Assembly: GCA_020636435.1 (NCBI GenBank)
Contig: JACJXX010000002.1
Location: 2,722,921-2,786,920 of the forward strand
Origin: Lewinellaceae bacterium
Lineage (GTDB): Bacteria > Bacteroidota > Bacteroidia > Chitinophagales > Saprospiraceae
Direction: 5' to 3'
DNA length: 64,000 bases
Under the pieces are notes generated by a model. It made no database searches and was not told the DNA's origin. It saw only the letters and a program-made list of their open reading frames with translations. Of the stretch, positions 17,987 to 25,648 are shown piece by piece (position 1 is the first letter of the stretch; each line of letters begins with the position of its first letter). The position numbers and the translations under genes were made by a program.

Positions 17987-18317
17987 CATACTACTGGACA
18001 TTTTAGGGGCTACCGTGTAAATGTGTGAAAGTGTAAACGTGTAAATGCTTGGGAATCCCGTTCTTTTACACATTTGAGGGTGCTCCGGAAACTATTGATG
18101 GCGAAGAATATTTTGTCCACCCCCTAAATCCCCCGCCAGCGGGGGACATTTCCTCCGATTCAGGGGTGTGTTTTCCCCCGCTGGCGGGGGTCAGGGGGTG
18201 GAGTCCAAATAAAATTTCCCATTATTGGGCACCGGAGTTCCAAGCTAGACTTTCCGGAGTAGCCTCACATTTACGCTCTTACACATTTACACGATCCGGC
18301 AAATGTCCAGTAGTATG
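17987..18317. mobile_element. composite MITE J (331 bp) carrying palindromic octamer arms and a nested A core
   Basis: The 17-bp TIR is perfect: CATACTACTGGACATTT (17987-18003) with AAATGTCCAGTAGTATG (18301-18317). The 9-bp TSD AATAGCATA is perfect, at 17978-17986 and 18318-18326. Confidence 0.9.
18076..18266. mobile_element. family A core, copy A2 (191 bp), nested in J
   Basis: Same sequence as 6116-6330 minus a 24-nt hairpin insert. It is flanked by a perfect 6-bp direct repeat ACATTT (18070-18075 and 18267-18272) within the GTGTAAAT/ACATTTAC octamer arms. Confidence 0.85.
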
Positions 18318-18356
18318 AATAGCATATCCAATCCTTCCCTGCTAACCTCTCTACCA

Positions 18357-18364
18357 TAGATTTG
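18357..18364 (+). promoter_or_regulatory. candidate -7 box TAGATTTG
   Basis: Exact TAnnTTTG match, 31 nt upstream of ATG 18396. Confidence 0.4.
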
Positions 18365-18395
18365 TTATGTTTGCCGGACAACAAACAAAACGACT

Positions 18396-18944
18396 ATGGC
18401 CTTTCGCATTTACACCAAGACAGGAGACCAGGGAGAAACCGGCCTTTTCGGCGGCAAGCGCCTGCCCAAGAGCCACATTCGCATCGATGCCTACGGGACG
18501 GTGGACGAACTGAATTCCTACCTCGGGCTGGTCCGGGATTACAGCGAGAGCGAAACCACCCGCAGCCTGCTCAAAGCGATACAGGACCGCCTGTTCGCCA
18601 TTGGTTCCAACCTGGCTTCCGACCCCGACAAAAATATGGCCGTGCCCGATATCAAGCCAGATGACATCAGCCTGCTGGAAAAAGAGATGGACCGGATGAA
18701 CGAATCCCTGCCGGAGCTTCGGAACTTTATCCTTCCGGGAGGGCACCCTGCCGTTTCTTTTTGCCACATCGCCCGTTGTGTTTGCCGCCGGGCGGAGCGG
18801 CTGGTAGTTGCCCTGGCTCAGCAGGAATGGGTGGCCCCCGTTATTGTGCCGTACCTGAACCGCCTCTCGGATTATCTTTTCCTGTTGGCGCGTCAAATAG
18901 CATTCCAACAGGGAGTGGAAGAAGTAACCTGGGCCCCGCGCTGA
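18396..18944 (+). CDS. ATP:cob(I)alamin adenosyltransferase, PduO type
   Basis: 182 aa. The N-terminus is MAFRIYTKTGDQGETGLFGGKRLPKSHIRIDAYGTVDELNS. Confidence 0.9.
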   Translation: MAFRIYTKTGDQGETGLFGGKRLPKSHIRIDAYGTVDELNSYLGLVRDYSESETTRSLLKAIQDRLFAIGSNLASDPDKNMAVPDIKPDDISLLEKEMDRMNESLPELRNFILPGGHPAVSFCHIARCVCRRAERLVVALAQQEWVAPVIVPYLNRLSDYLFLLARQIAFQQGVEEVTWAPR

Positions 18945-18988
18945 ATTTAAAAGTTGTTTATGCCGGCTATTGTCTATATTTGTATACT

Positions 18989-21100
18989 ATGAGTGCATGG
19001 AGAACGACGATAGAAGGCCTGCCTACCCTGGTAAAATACCTTATGGTCGCAGGAGTAGTGGCCTTCATTACCTTTTTGTTTCCCAATAATGCCAGATTCA
19101 AGTATGAATTTGACAAAGGGCAGCCCTGGCGGTACGAAGACCTCCGGGCGCCGTTTGACTTTGCCATCCGGAAGCCGGCGGAAGAAGTAGATGCCGAGAA
19201 AAATGCCCTGCGGGAAAATTTTACTCCTTTTTACGAACTGAACCTGGAAATCATCAAGGAGAAGAAACGAAGCCTGGCTGCGGAGTTCGACCACCAGTTG
19301 GAGTTGGTCATGGAAGAGGGGCAGTTTGAGGATGTAGTGAAAAAACCGGAGGAATACCTGCAATTTGGCAAGCGCTTTATGGAAAACCTCTTTAAACGCG
19401 GGATTTTACAACTGGCGCCCGAACATGAGGGCAGAGGAGGCGATTTTGTCATCAACGTCGTTCGCGGCAATACGACCCAGCCCCAAACCGTGGACAACCT
19501 GCTGTCGCTGGGAGAGGCCAAAGAATTGTTGAGCGATTCCCTGCCTTACAGCAAACTGGCGGAGCCCGAGTTCCTGTATCCCATCCTGGAAGGGCTGATC
19601 AGCCCCAACCTCACCTACAACGATACCCTGAGCCGGAAGATCATGGAGGAAGAGCTTTCGAAAGTGCCGGTTTACCGCGGCCGGGTCTCCAAAGGGCAAC
19701 TCATCGTGACGAAGGGAGCCTATATTACGGATGATATTTACCAGAAACTGATCTCCTTCCGGGCGCAGTACGAAGAGGAAATCACCAGCAAGCAGTCCTA
19801 TTGGGGAGTGCTCGTGGGATACCTGCTGCTGTCCTCCCTGATCATCGGCATTTTTCTCTTATACGTAAAGCTGTACGCCAGGCCGGTCTTTTCCAGCTTC
19901 AATAAGTTGATCTTCATATTGTTATGGCTGGTTGCCTACAGCTATATCGTTTATGCAGTGGAGCAGGTCGAGGTGTTGAGTACGTACATGATCCCTTTCT
20001 GCATATTGCCGATCGTAATCAAGAACTTTTACAATGAGCGGCTGGCGCTGTTCACCCATTTGGTGGTCGTGCTGTTGGCGAGTTTCCTGTCGAGCTTAGG
20101 GTACGAATTTGCCTTTCTGCAGATTCTGGCGGGCATCGTCGTTTTGCTGAGCGATGTGGAAACCCGGGAGTGGTCCCGTTTTTTCTATTCGATCTTTTTT
20201 ATCTTCCTGGTCTACGCCACCGGCTACCTGGGCTTGTCTCTGATCATAGAAGGCGACGTTATGGATGTGGACTGGACGGAGGTTTACTGGCTGGCGCTCA
20301 GCGCCTTTCTGACGCTTCTGGCCTATCCCCTTATCCCCTTGCTGGAGCGCTTCTTTGGTTTCACCTCCTCGATCACTCTGGTAGAACTGTCGGATATGAA
20401 CCGGCCACTGCTGCGGGAGTTGTCGCTGAAAGCGCCCGGCACCATGCAGCACTCTCTGCAGGTGGCCAACCTGGCGGATGAGGCCGCCCGGAAGATCGGA
20501 GCAAATCCCCTTCTGGTAAAAGTAGCAGCGCTGTACCACGATATTGGCAAAACCCTGAAACCAGAGTATTTTATCGAAAACCAAAGCGGCAAAAACCCCC
20601 ACGATGAACTTTCTGATTTAGAAAGCGCTCAGGTGATCATCAGCCACGTTTCGGAAGGCGTGAAGATGGCTAAAAAGGCCCGCCTGCCGTCTATCCTGGT
20701 CGATTTTATCAAAACCCACCACGGCACCACCCGGACAGAGTACTTCTACCGGAATTATGCCAATAAGCACCCGGATGAAAAGGTGGATGAGCATGATTTT
20801 CAATATCCCGGCCCCAAACCCCGAACCAAAGAAGAGACCATCCTGATGATGGCCGACTCTATAGAGGCTGCCTGCAAGAGCCTGAAAAGCCCTACTGAAG
20901 AAGGGCTCTTTAGCCTGATCGATAAAATCGTAGCCGGCAAGATCACCATGGGCCAGTTCGAGCATTCCAATATGACCTTTGAAGAACTGGAAGAATGCAA
21001 ACAGGTCTTCAAGCAGATGATGAAGTCGGTCCACCACGTGCGCATCGAGTATCCGGAAGAGAAAGCGGAAAAGGAGGAGGAGGAGCCGCAGAAGGGGTAG
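18989..21100 (+). CDS. 7TM-receptor/HDIG-domain phosphohydrolase (PgpH/YqfF-like)
   Basis: ATG at 18989 (MSAWRTTIEG). It has an extracellular N-domain, a multi-TM block, and a C-terminal HD domain with LYHDIGK and THHGT. Confidence 0.85.
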   Translation: MSAWRTTIEGLPTLVKYLMVAGVVAFITFLFPNNARFKYEFDKGQPWRYEDLRAPFDFAIRKPAEEVDAEKNALRENFTPFYELNLEIIKEKKRSLAAEFDHQLELVMEEGQFEDVVKKPEEYLQFGKRFMENLFKRGILQLAPEHEGRGGDFVINVVRGNTTQPQTVDNLLSLGEAKELLSDSLPYSKLAEPEFLYPILEGLISPNLTYNDTLSRKIMEEELSKVPVYRGRVSKGQLIVTKGAYITDDIYQKLISFRAQYEEEITSKQSYWGVLVGYLLLSSLIIGIFLLYVKLYARPVFSSFNKLIFILLWLVAYSYIVYAVEQVEVLSTYMIPFCILPIVIKNFYNERLALFTHLVVVLLASFLSSLGYEFAFLQILAGIVVLLSDVETREWSRFFYSIFFIFLVYATGYLGLSLIIEGDVMDVDWTEVYWLALSAFLTLLAYPLIPLLERFFGFTSSITLVELSDMNRPLLRELSLKAPGTMQHSLQVANLADEAARKIGANPLLVKVAALYHDIGKTLKPEYFIENQSGKNPHDELSDLESAQVIISHVSEGVKMAKKARLPSILVDFIKTHHGTTRTEYFYRNYANKHPDEKVDEHDFQYPGPKPRTKEETILMMADSIEAACKSLKSPTEEGLFSLIDKIVAGKITMGQFEHSNMTFEELEECKQVFKQMMKSVHHVRIEYPEEKAEKEEEEPQKG

Positions 21101-21375
21101 GGATTGTGGTGAAATGGAACGCGAATGCAATGCCTGCCCGCCAGGTGCTAATCTTTATACACAATTTTGGCCTGAGCCTGGTGGCGATCTCAACCTGCCG
21201 GGTTTTCAATAGGGTCCGGTTCGGCAAACCCGGCAGTGTTTATCGGAGAAATAACAAAGTGGCTTTACTTCAATAAACACTACCGGGTTCAGCCAAGAGG
21301 GGCTACCCCGCAAACCCGGCAGGTTAAGTTATCCATATAGCAGGCGGGCAGGAGGGTTCTTTTCGCATATTTTTT

Positions 21376-21492
21376 GGCTACCCGTCTAGCGTTGGACAAT
21401 AGCTGCCGGGGTTGTGTACGGTGTACGGGTCCAAAGTGGCTGTGTACGGTGTACGAAGCACCACCTGGCTGTCCAACATTAGAACGGTAGCC
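21376..21492. mobile_element. family D MITE, copy D1 (117 bp)
   Basis: TIRs are GGCTACCCGTCTAGCGTTGGACAA and CTGTCCAACATTAGAACGGTAGCC. The 8-bp TSD TATTTTTT is perfect, at 21368-21375 and 21493-21500. The interior carries GTGTACGG octamers. Confidence 0.9.
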
Positions 21493-21499
21493 TATTTTT

Positions 21500-21691
21500 T
21501 TATGCATTTCCTTCACTTTCCTGCCTTTGTTTATCCGGTACCGGCTCTTCTTTTCTGTATCCATAAGGGCAGTGCCGGCATCCGCTTTGGCAACAGTAGC
21601 CCCGTTTCAGCAGAAAGTGTTCTGTGAATACGAACAAGCCGTTTTCGGTATAGTAATCGATGCCCTCCCGGAGGGCTTGTGGCTTTGGCAT
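21500..21691 (-). CDS. small Cys-rich protein (DUF5522-like)
   Basis: ATG at 21691 gives MPKPQALREGIDYYTENGLFVFTEHFLLKRGYCCQSGCRHCPYGY. The family name is from memory. Confidence 0.55.
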   Translation of the reverse strand: MPKPQALREGIDYYTENGLFVFTEHFLLKRGYCCQSGCRHCPYGYRKEEPVPDKQRQESEGNA

Positions 21692-21797
21692 GGTAAGGCT
21701 CTGTTTAAGGATAACCTGGAACGTTGAACATAGAACCCGCCTGGCACAGCCGGGCAAACTCCGAACACTCCCTCCCTCCACCCGGAAGTTTCTTCTT

Positions 21798-22373
21798 CTA
21801 CCCCCGTTCCTCCGCCAGAACCAGAAACCGCCGCTGCAGCCATTCGTAGCCGCCGAAGAGCACGCCGGCGTAGAACAGGTCCCCCAGCAAGGTATTCCAG
21901 AAGAAAGGAATGCCGGCGCCGTAGGCCGCCATCAGGCCGGCTGCGGTCTTGGGGTATTGAGGGGCTGCCAGCCACGAGCCGAAGTTGGTTGCCAAAAAGA
22001 ACAGGACGGAGGCCAGCAGGCTGACCGCCAGCAGGTTCGTTGCTTTCACCCGGCGCAGCAGCGCCAGGCCGAGGACTACGATCGCGGCAAAGCTGGCGTA
22101 AACCCACAGGTTGCCGAACCAGACAAAGCTGTCGCCGTAAAATTCCGGATAAAGGCGGGCGTAGATAATGTTGTTCAGCGCCAGGTCGCTGGCCCACATC
22201 GCCAGGAAGGGAATCAGGAAAGCCAGATACTTCCTGGAAAGGTGCGCCGCGCCAAACAAGCCCATCGCCCCAATGGGCGTGAAGTTGTAGGGGTGGGGCA
22301 GCAGGCGGCTAAAGGCCGCTGCCAGGACTATGATCGAGATGATGCTGAGTCGAAGATTGATCTTGCCGTTCAT
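21798..22373 (-). CDS. polytopic membrane protein (DUF6580-like putative transporter component)
   Basis: 191 aa with about 6 TM helices. The N-terminus is LLPHPYNFTPIGAMGLFGAAH. The family name is from memory. Confidence 0.65.
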   Translation of the reverse strand: MNGKINLRLSIISIIVLAAAFSRLLPHPYNFTPIGAMGLFGAAHLSRKYLAFLIPFLAMWASDLALNNIIYARLYPEFYGDSFVWFGNLWVYASFAAIVVLGLALLRRVKATNLLAVSLLASVLFFLATNFGSWLAAPQYPKTAAGLMAAYGAGIPFFWNTLLGDLFYAGVLFGGYEWLQRRFLVLAEERG

Positions 22374-22415
22374 AAATACTTCAGGTTTTAGTTAGTTTGG
22401 CCTTCTGAATGGACT

Positions 22416-22506
22416 TGAAGCCGGAAGTGCGAAGTCGGAAGTCGGAAATAGCCAACGAATGGGCGTTCAGAGCCTGTTTTTCCGCCTTCCGAATTCCGCC
22501 TTCCGC
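22416..22506. repeat. heptamer word-array palindrome M
   Basis: The left arm is gaagccg gaagtgc gaagtcg gaagtcg gaaatag (22416-22450). The right arm is ttccgcc ttccgaa ttccgcc ttccgcc (22479-22506). The arms are approximately complementary. Confidence 0.75.
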
Positions 22507-22676
22507 CTTTGACGCCAGACTGTCCAAGGTCTAGCCTATGAATGTCGCAAAAATAACTCAATTCCCAAAAGAGGCCGTAAGATAACCCCACAAATTCTGG
22601 AAAATGAAACCTACAGGGCAGCCAACGGAATAATATAACAAAAATAAACCGGATTTGGATTGGCCGCGTTCCATAA

Positions 22677-22837
22677 GAGCGTGTTGGGATTTTCATGCTG
22701 AAGTTGAAAATGAGCAAATTTTGCCTCAATCAAGGCCCGTACGGGCAGTCGGATGCGGGCAATCCGGCGAAAAATTTAACGCCGAGTGAGGGAAAATTTG
22801 CCATTTGCAGGCCAGCAATGGAATTCCCAACACGCTC
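22677..22837. mobile_element. family E MITE-like element, copy E1 (161 bp)
   Basis: TIRs are GAGCGTGTTGGGA and TCCCAACACGCTC. It is flanked by TAA at 22674-22676 and 22838-22840. Confidence 0.8.
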
Positions 22838-22883
22838 TAAGGTGTATCCGGAAGCAGGCACGGCGCGTTGGGCGATCCCCTAA

Positions 22884-23045
22884 GAGCATGTTTGGAGGTG
22901 GTGCTTTGGAAGCGAAAATGGCAGATTTTGGGTTCTGATGAAGCTCATTTTCGAGCGCATAGCAGCGCTACGGGCGAGAAAATAGCTGAAATCAGGTTCC
23001 AAAAGTGGCCATTTGCAGCCCAAATGACTACCTCCAAACATGCTC
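22884..23045. mobile_element. family E MITE-like element, copy E2 (162 bp)
   Basis: TIRs are GAGCATGTTTGGAGG and CCTCCAAACATGCTC. It is flanked by TAA at 22881-22883 and 23046-23048. Internal blocks shared with E1 include GAAAATG.GCA.ATTTTG and GCCATTTGCAG. Confidence 0.8.
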
Positions 23046-23048
23046 TAA

Positions 23049-23428
23049 AACTACTTTCTTACTTTAAAATTTAGCTGGCTTGGGAGCGCGGGCCTCCAGG
23101 CCCGCCAGGGCAATTGCATTTGAATAAAACTGACCTCGAAGAGGTCATATATCTATAGAAAAGGAATGTTTGCCCCTTCGACCTCAAAGAGGTCGTACAA
23201 ATGGACATAAGTACGACCTCTTTGAGGTCGAAAATTCTCATAATCGGTGAATTTCTATAGATATTTGACCCGCTTTGGGGTCAATAACATTTAAATGCGA
23301 TTGCCCTGCCAGGCCCGCGAAGGCTGCCTCAGGCAGCCCTTAAAAGGCAGTTGTTTACTAAAAACCTGCTTCAAGCAGGTTTTCGCGGGCCTGGAGGCCC
23401 GCGCTCCTTTTAAAGTAACAAAGTAGTA
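23049..23428. mobile_element. family B element, copy B2 (380 bp), containing nested element Q
   Basis: Shell TIRs are CTACTTTCTTACTTTAA (23051-23067) and TTAAAGTAACAAAGTAG (23410-23426). The second layer is GGAGCGCGGGCCTCCAGGCCCGC with GCGGGCCTGGAGGCCCGCGCTCC. Outside Q, the interior is collinear with B3. Confidence 0.85.
23106..23308. mobile_element. element Q (203 bp) inserted inside B2
   Basis: TIRs are CAGGGCAATTGCATTTGAAT and ATTTAAATGCGATTGCCCTG (18/20). The 10-bp TSD CCAGGCCCGC is perfect, at 23096-23105 and 23309-23318; B3 has a single copy of this site. Inner layers are a 13-bp perfect palindrome ATATCTATAGAAA/TTTCTATAGATAT and a 22-bp perfect hairpin (23177-23198 with 23211-23232). 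Confidence 0.9.
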
Positions 23429-23440
23429 ATAAATAAATCT

Positions 23441-23448
23441 TAGATTTG
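23441..23448 (+). promoter_or_regulatory. candidate -7 box TAGATTTG
   Basis: Exact TAnnTTTG match, 23 nt upstream of ATG 23472 and just outside the right end of B2. Confidence 0.4.
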
Positions 23449-23471
23449 CACCGCAAAAATGAAAATGAGCT

Positions 23472-24548
23472 ATGAAAAGCTTTTCTTTTAACAACTCCTT
23501 CATTGCTGGGTTGATCGCTGCGGCCCTGCTGTCGTGCGCCGCCTGCGGCGGCGGCGGCGCCAATTCGGGAGCTGCTGGTGGCTCTTCCCGGCCCGATGGG
23601 GTTCTGACCATTTATACCTATCGCGCCCTGCCCGGGCAGGATTCCGTTTTTCAGCGGTTTGAGCAAAGGAGCGGCCTGAAGCTGGAAGTCGTGGAAATGC
23701 CGCCTTTTGAGTTGGCGGCCCGGCTGCGGAAAGAGGGGGCTGAGAGCCCCGCCGATATAGTGATCTTTCCGGAGGTGTCCATGGCGATCCGCGCCCGCCA
23801 GGAAGGCTTGTTGCAATCCTATAAACTGCCGGGCATCGACCAGTATTTCAAAGACGTGCTTGGCGATGAACAAGGATACTGGACCGGGCTGACCCGCATC
23901 GTGCCCGCCATTGCCTACAGCTACGAACGCCTGAACCCCGCCAACCTGAAAACCTGGGTAGACCTGGCGATGCCCCGTTTCCAGGGCAAGGTGCTGGCGC
24001 CTTCCTCGGAAGACCCCTATCTGCAATCGATTGTTGCCTCCTTCATCCTCCACAACGGAGATCAGGCGGCCCGCGCCTGGGCAACCGCTATGGTGCGCAA
24101 CTTCGCCCGGGAGCCGCAGGGCAATACCATGGACCAATTGCGCGGCCTGGCCGCCGGAGTGGGCGACGTGGCCATTACCACCGCCAGCGACCTGGGCTAC
24201 CTTCGGTATCCGCTTACCTACAATGAATACCTGATCGGGGAAGGCGCCCGGCTCATCATACCCAAAAATGGGCAATTCAACACGCATATCAACGTGACCT
24301 GCGCTACAGTTCCCAAAGGCGGGGAAGTTCGCAAAGCCGTTGCTTTTCTGGAATACATGACTTCCAGAGAAGCGCAAATGGATTATCCCCGGGTGGCTCA
24401 GGAGCATCCGGTAAACGTCATGGCCATTCCTTCCGATTACATCATCGAAGAAGTCGGGCCAGTGGAAGAAGATGACCTGGAACTCAACCTGCTTGGGCAG
24501 TACAACCAACAAGCCCGGCAGATACTGAAAGAGGTTGGGTGGAAATAA
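23472..24548 (+). CDS. ABC-type substrate-binding lipoprotein (Fe3+/thiamine SBP family 1-like)
   Basis: 358 aa. The lipobox-like signal is AAALLSCAACGG. The SBP-like pattern is VLTIYTYRALPGQDSVFQRFEQRSGLKLEVVE. No permease or ATPase gene is adjacent. Confidence 0.75.
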   Translation: MKSFSFNNSFIAGLIAAALLSCAACGGGGANSGAAGGSSRPDGVLTIYTYRALPGQDSVFQRFEQRSGLKLEVVEMPPFELAARLRKEGAESPADIVIFPEVSMAIRARQEGLLQSYKLPGIDQYFKDVLGDEQGYWTGLTRIVPAIAYSYERLNPANLKTWVDLAMPRFQGKVLAPSSEDPYLQSIVASFILHNGDQAARAWATAMVRNFAREPQGNTMDQLRGLAAGVGDVAITTASDLGYLRYPLTYNEYLIGEGARLIIPKNGQFNTHINVTCATVPKGGEVRKAVAFLEYMTSREAQMDYPRVAQEHPVNVMAIPSDYIIEEVGPVEEDDLELNLLGQYNQQARQILKEVGWK

Positions 24549-24559
24549 AAAACTTAACT

Positions 24560-25567
24560 ATGCCGTTTTTTCAAGCAGCCAGAAGGGGGGACAATGCCCC
24601 GTATAAATACGTATTGACGATTATTGCCGTAGTCGTCGGGGCTTTTATCGGGCAGATTCCTTTGGGGATTGCCGTAACCATGAAGATGAGGGAAAATGGC
24701 GTGGGATTGGAAGAAATGGAAGCCTTTCAGGAATCGCTCGACTTCTCCAGGCTGGGAATGGATTCCAACCTGGCGCTGTTTCTGATGCTGCTCTCTTTCG
24801 TGGCGGCTCTGGGGGCGCTCTTTCTCTGCGTGGCGGCCCTGCACAAAAAAAGAGCCGCAGACGTACTGACGGGACGACGCCGGCTGGATTGGGGCCGGAT
24901 TGCCTTTGCCTTTGCCTTCTGGTTTGCCCTCAGCGCCGGGCTGGAAGTGGTGGCCTACCTGCTCGACCCCGGCAATTACACTTTGCAGTTCGAGCTTTCC
25001 AGTTTTATGCCCTTGCTGCTGATCTCCCTGCTGGTATTGCCGCTGCAAACTACTTTTGAGGAGGCTTTGTTTCGCGGCTACCTCATGCAGGGTTTCGGGC
25101 TGTTGTTTGGCAACCGCTGGCTGCCCCTGCTGCTGACCTCGGCAGCCTTTGGCCTGCTGCACTTCGCCAATCCGGAGGTCGGCGAGTTTGGTTTTGGCCT
25201 CATGATGTCGTACTACATCGGCACAGGCCTGTTGTTGGGGCTGTGCACGCTCATGGATGAAGGCACGGAGCTGGCGCTGGGGCTGCACGCCGCCACCAAT
25301 ATTTACGGGGCTACTGTGGTTAGTTTTGCCGGCTCGGCTTTGCAAACCCAGGCCATTTTTCGGGTAAAAGAGCTGGATGTAGCCCTGATGTTGGCAATTG
25401 CTGTTGCCAGCGGAGCGTTATTCCTTTTGGTTTCCGCCCGGAAATACGGATGGCAGGACTGGGGCAAGCTCTTCCGCCGGATAGAATTTGAAGAAGTTGC
25501 GGTTTCCGGCGAAGCTGCGGGCAGCGAACAAACGGGCAATATTTTACCCGAAGACGAAGCGTTATAA
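24560..25567 (+). CDS. CPBP-family intramembrane glutamic endopeptidase (CAAX protease-like)
   Basis: Motifs are EEALFRGYL, FGLLHFANP and LGLHAATN. ATG is at 24560; a GTG at 24539 is possible. Confidence 0.8.
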   Translation: MPFFQAARRGDNAPYKYVLTIIAVVVGAFIGQIPLGIAVTMKMRENGVGLEEMEAFQESLDFSRLGMDSNLALFLMLLSFVAALGALFLCVAALHKKRAADVLTGRRRLDWGRIAFAFAFWFALSAGLEVVAYLLDPGNYTLQFELSSFMPLLLISLLVLPLQTTFEEALFRGYLMQGFGLLFGNRWLPLLLTSAAFGLLHFANPEVGEFGFGLMMSYYIGTGLLLGLCTLMDEGTELALGLHAATNIYGATVVSFAGSALQTQAIFRVKELDVALMLAIAVASGALFLLVSARKYGWQDWGKLFRRIEFEEVAVSGEAAGSEQTGNILPEDEAL

Positions 25568-25648
25568 CGCTTACCTTTCGCAGCGCCTCATAACCCTTTT
25601 TTTATTTTTCGTTTTTCTACTCAAAGCAACTAAAAAGAACGGCATAGC

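Noticed and set aside
21289-21564. ORFs lying over elements, for example 21289-21564 (-), 23291-23611 (-), 22388-22729 (-), 22695-23074 (+) and 17353-17985 (-).
   Set aside because: They are composed of palindromic repeat DNA with low-complexity or arbitrary sequence. There is no support for coding.
22374-22676. A cobalamin riboswitch upstream of the DUF6580-like membrane gene. I also looked upstream of the TonB-dependent receptor (5829-6067) and near the PduO-type adenosyltransferase.
   Set aside because: I could not find a B12-box-like GCCACTG core or the expected conserved helices. The 22374-22676 region is instead occupied by heptamer-array palindrome M. A covariance-model scan would be needed for certainty.
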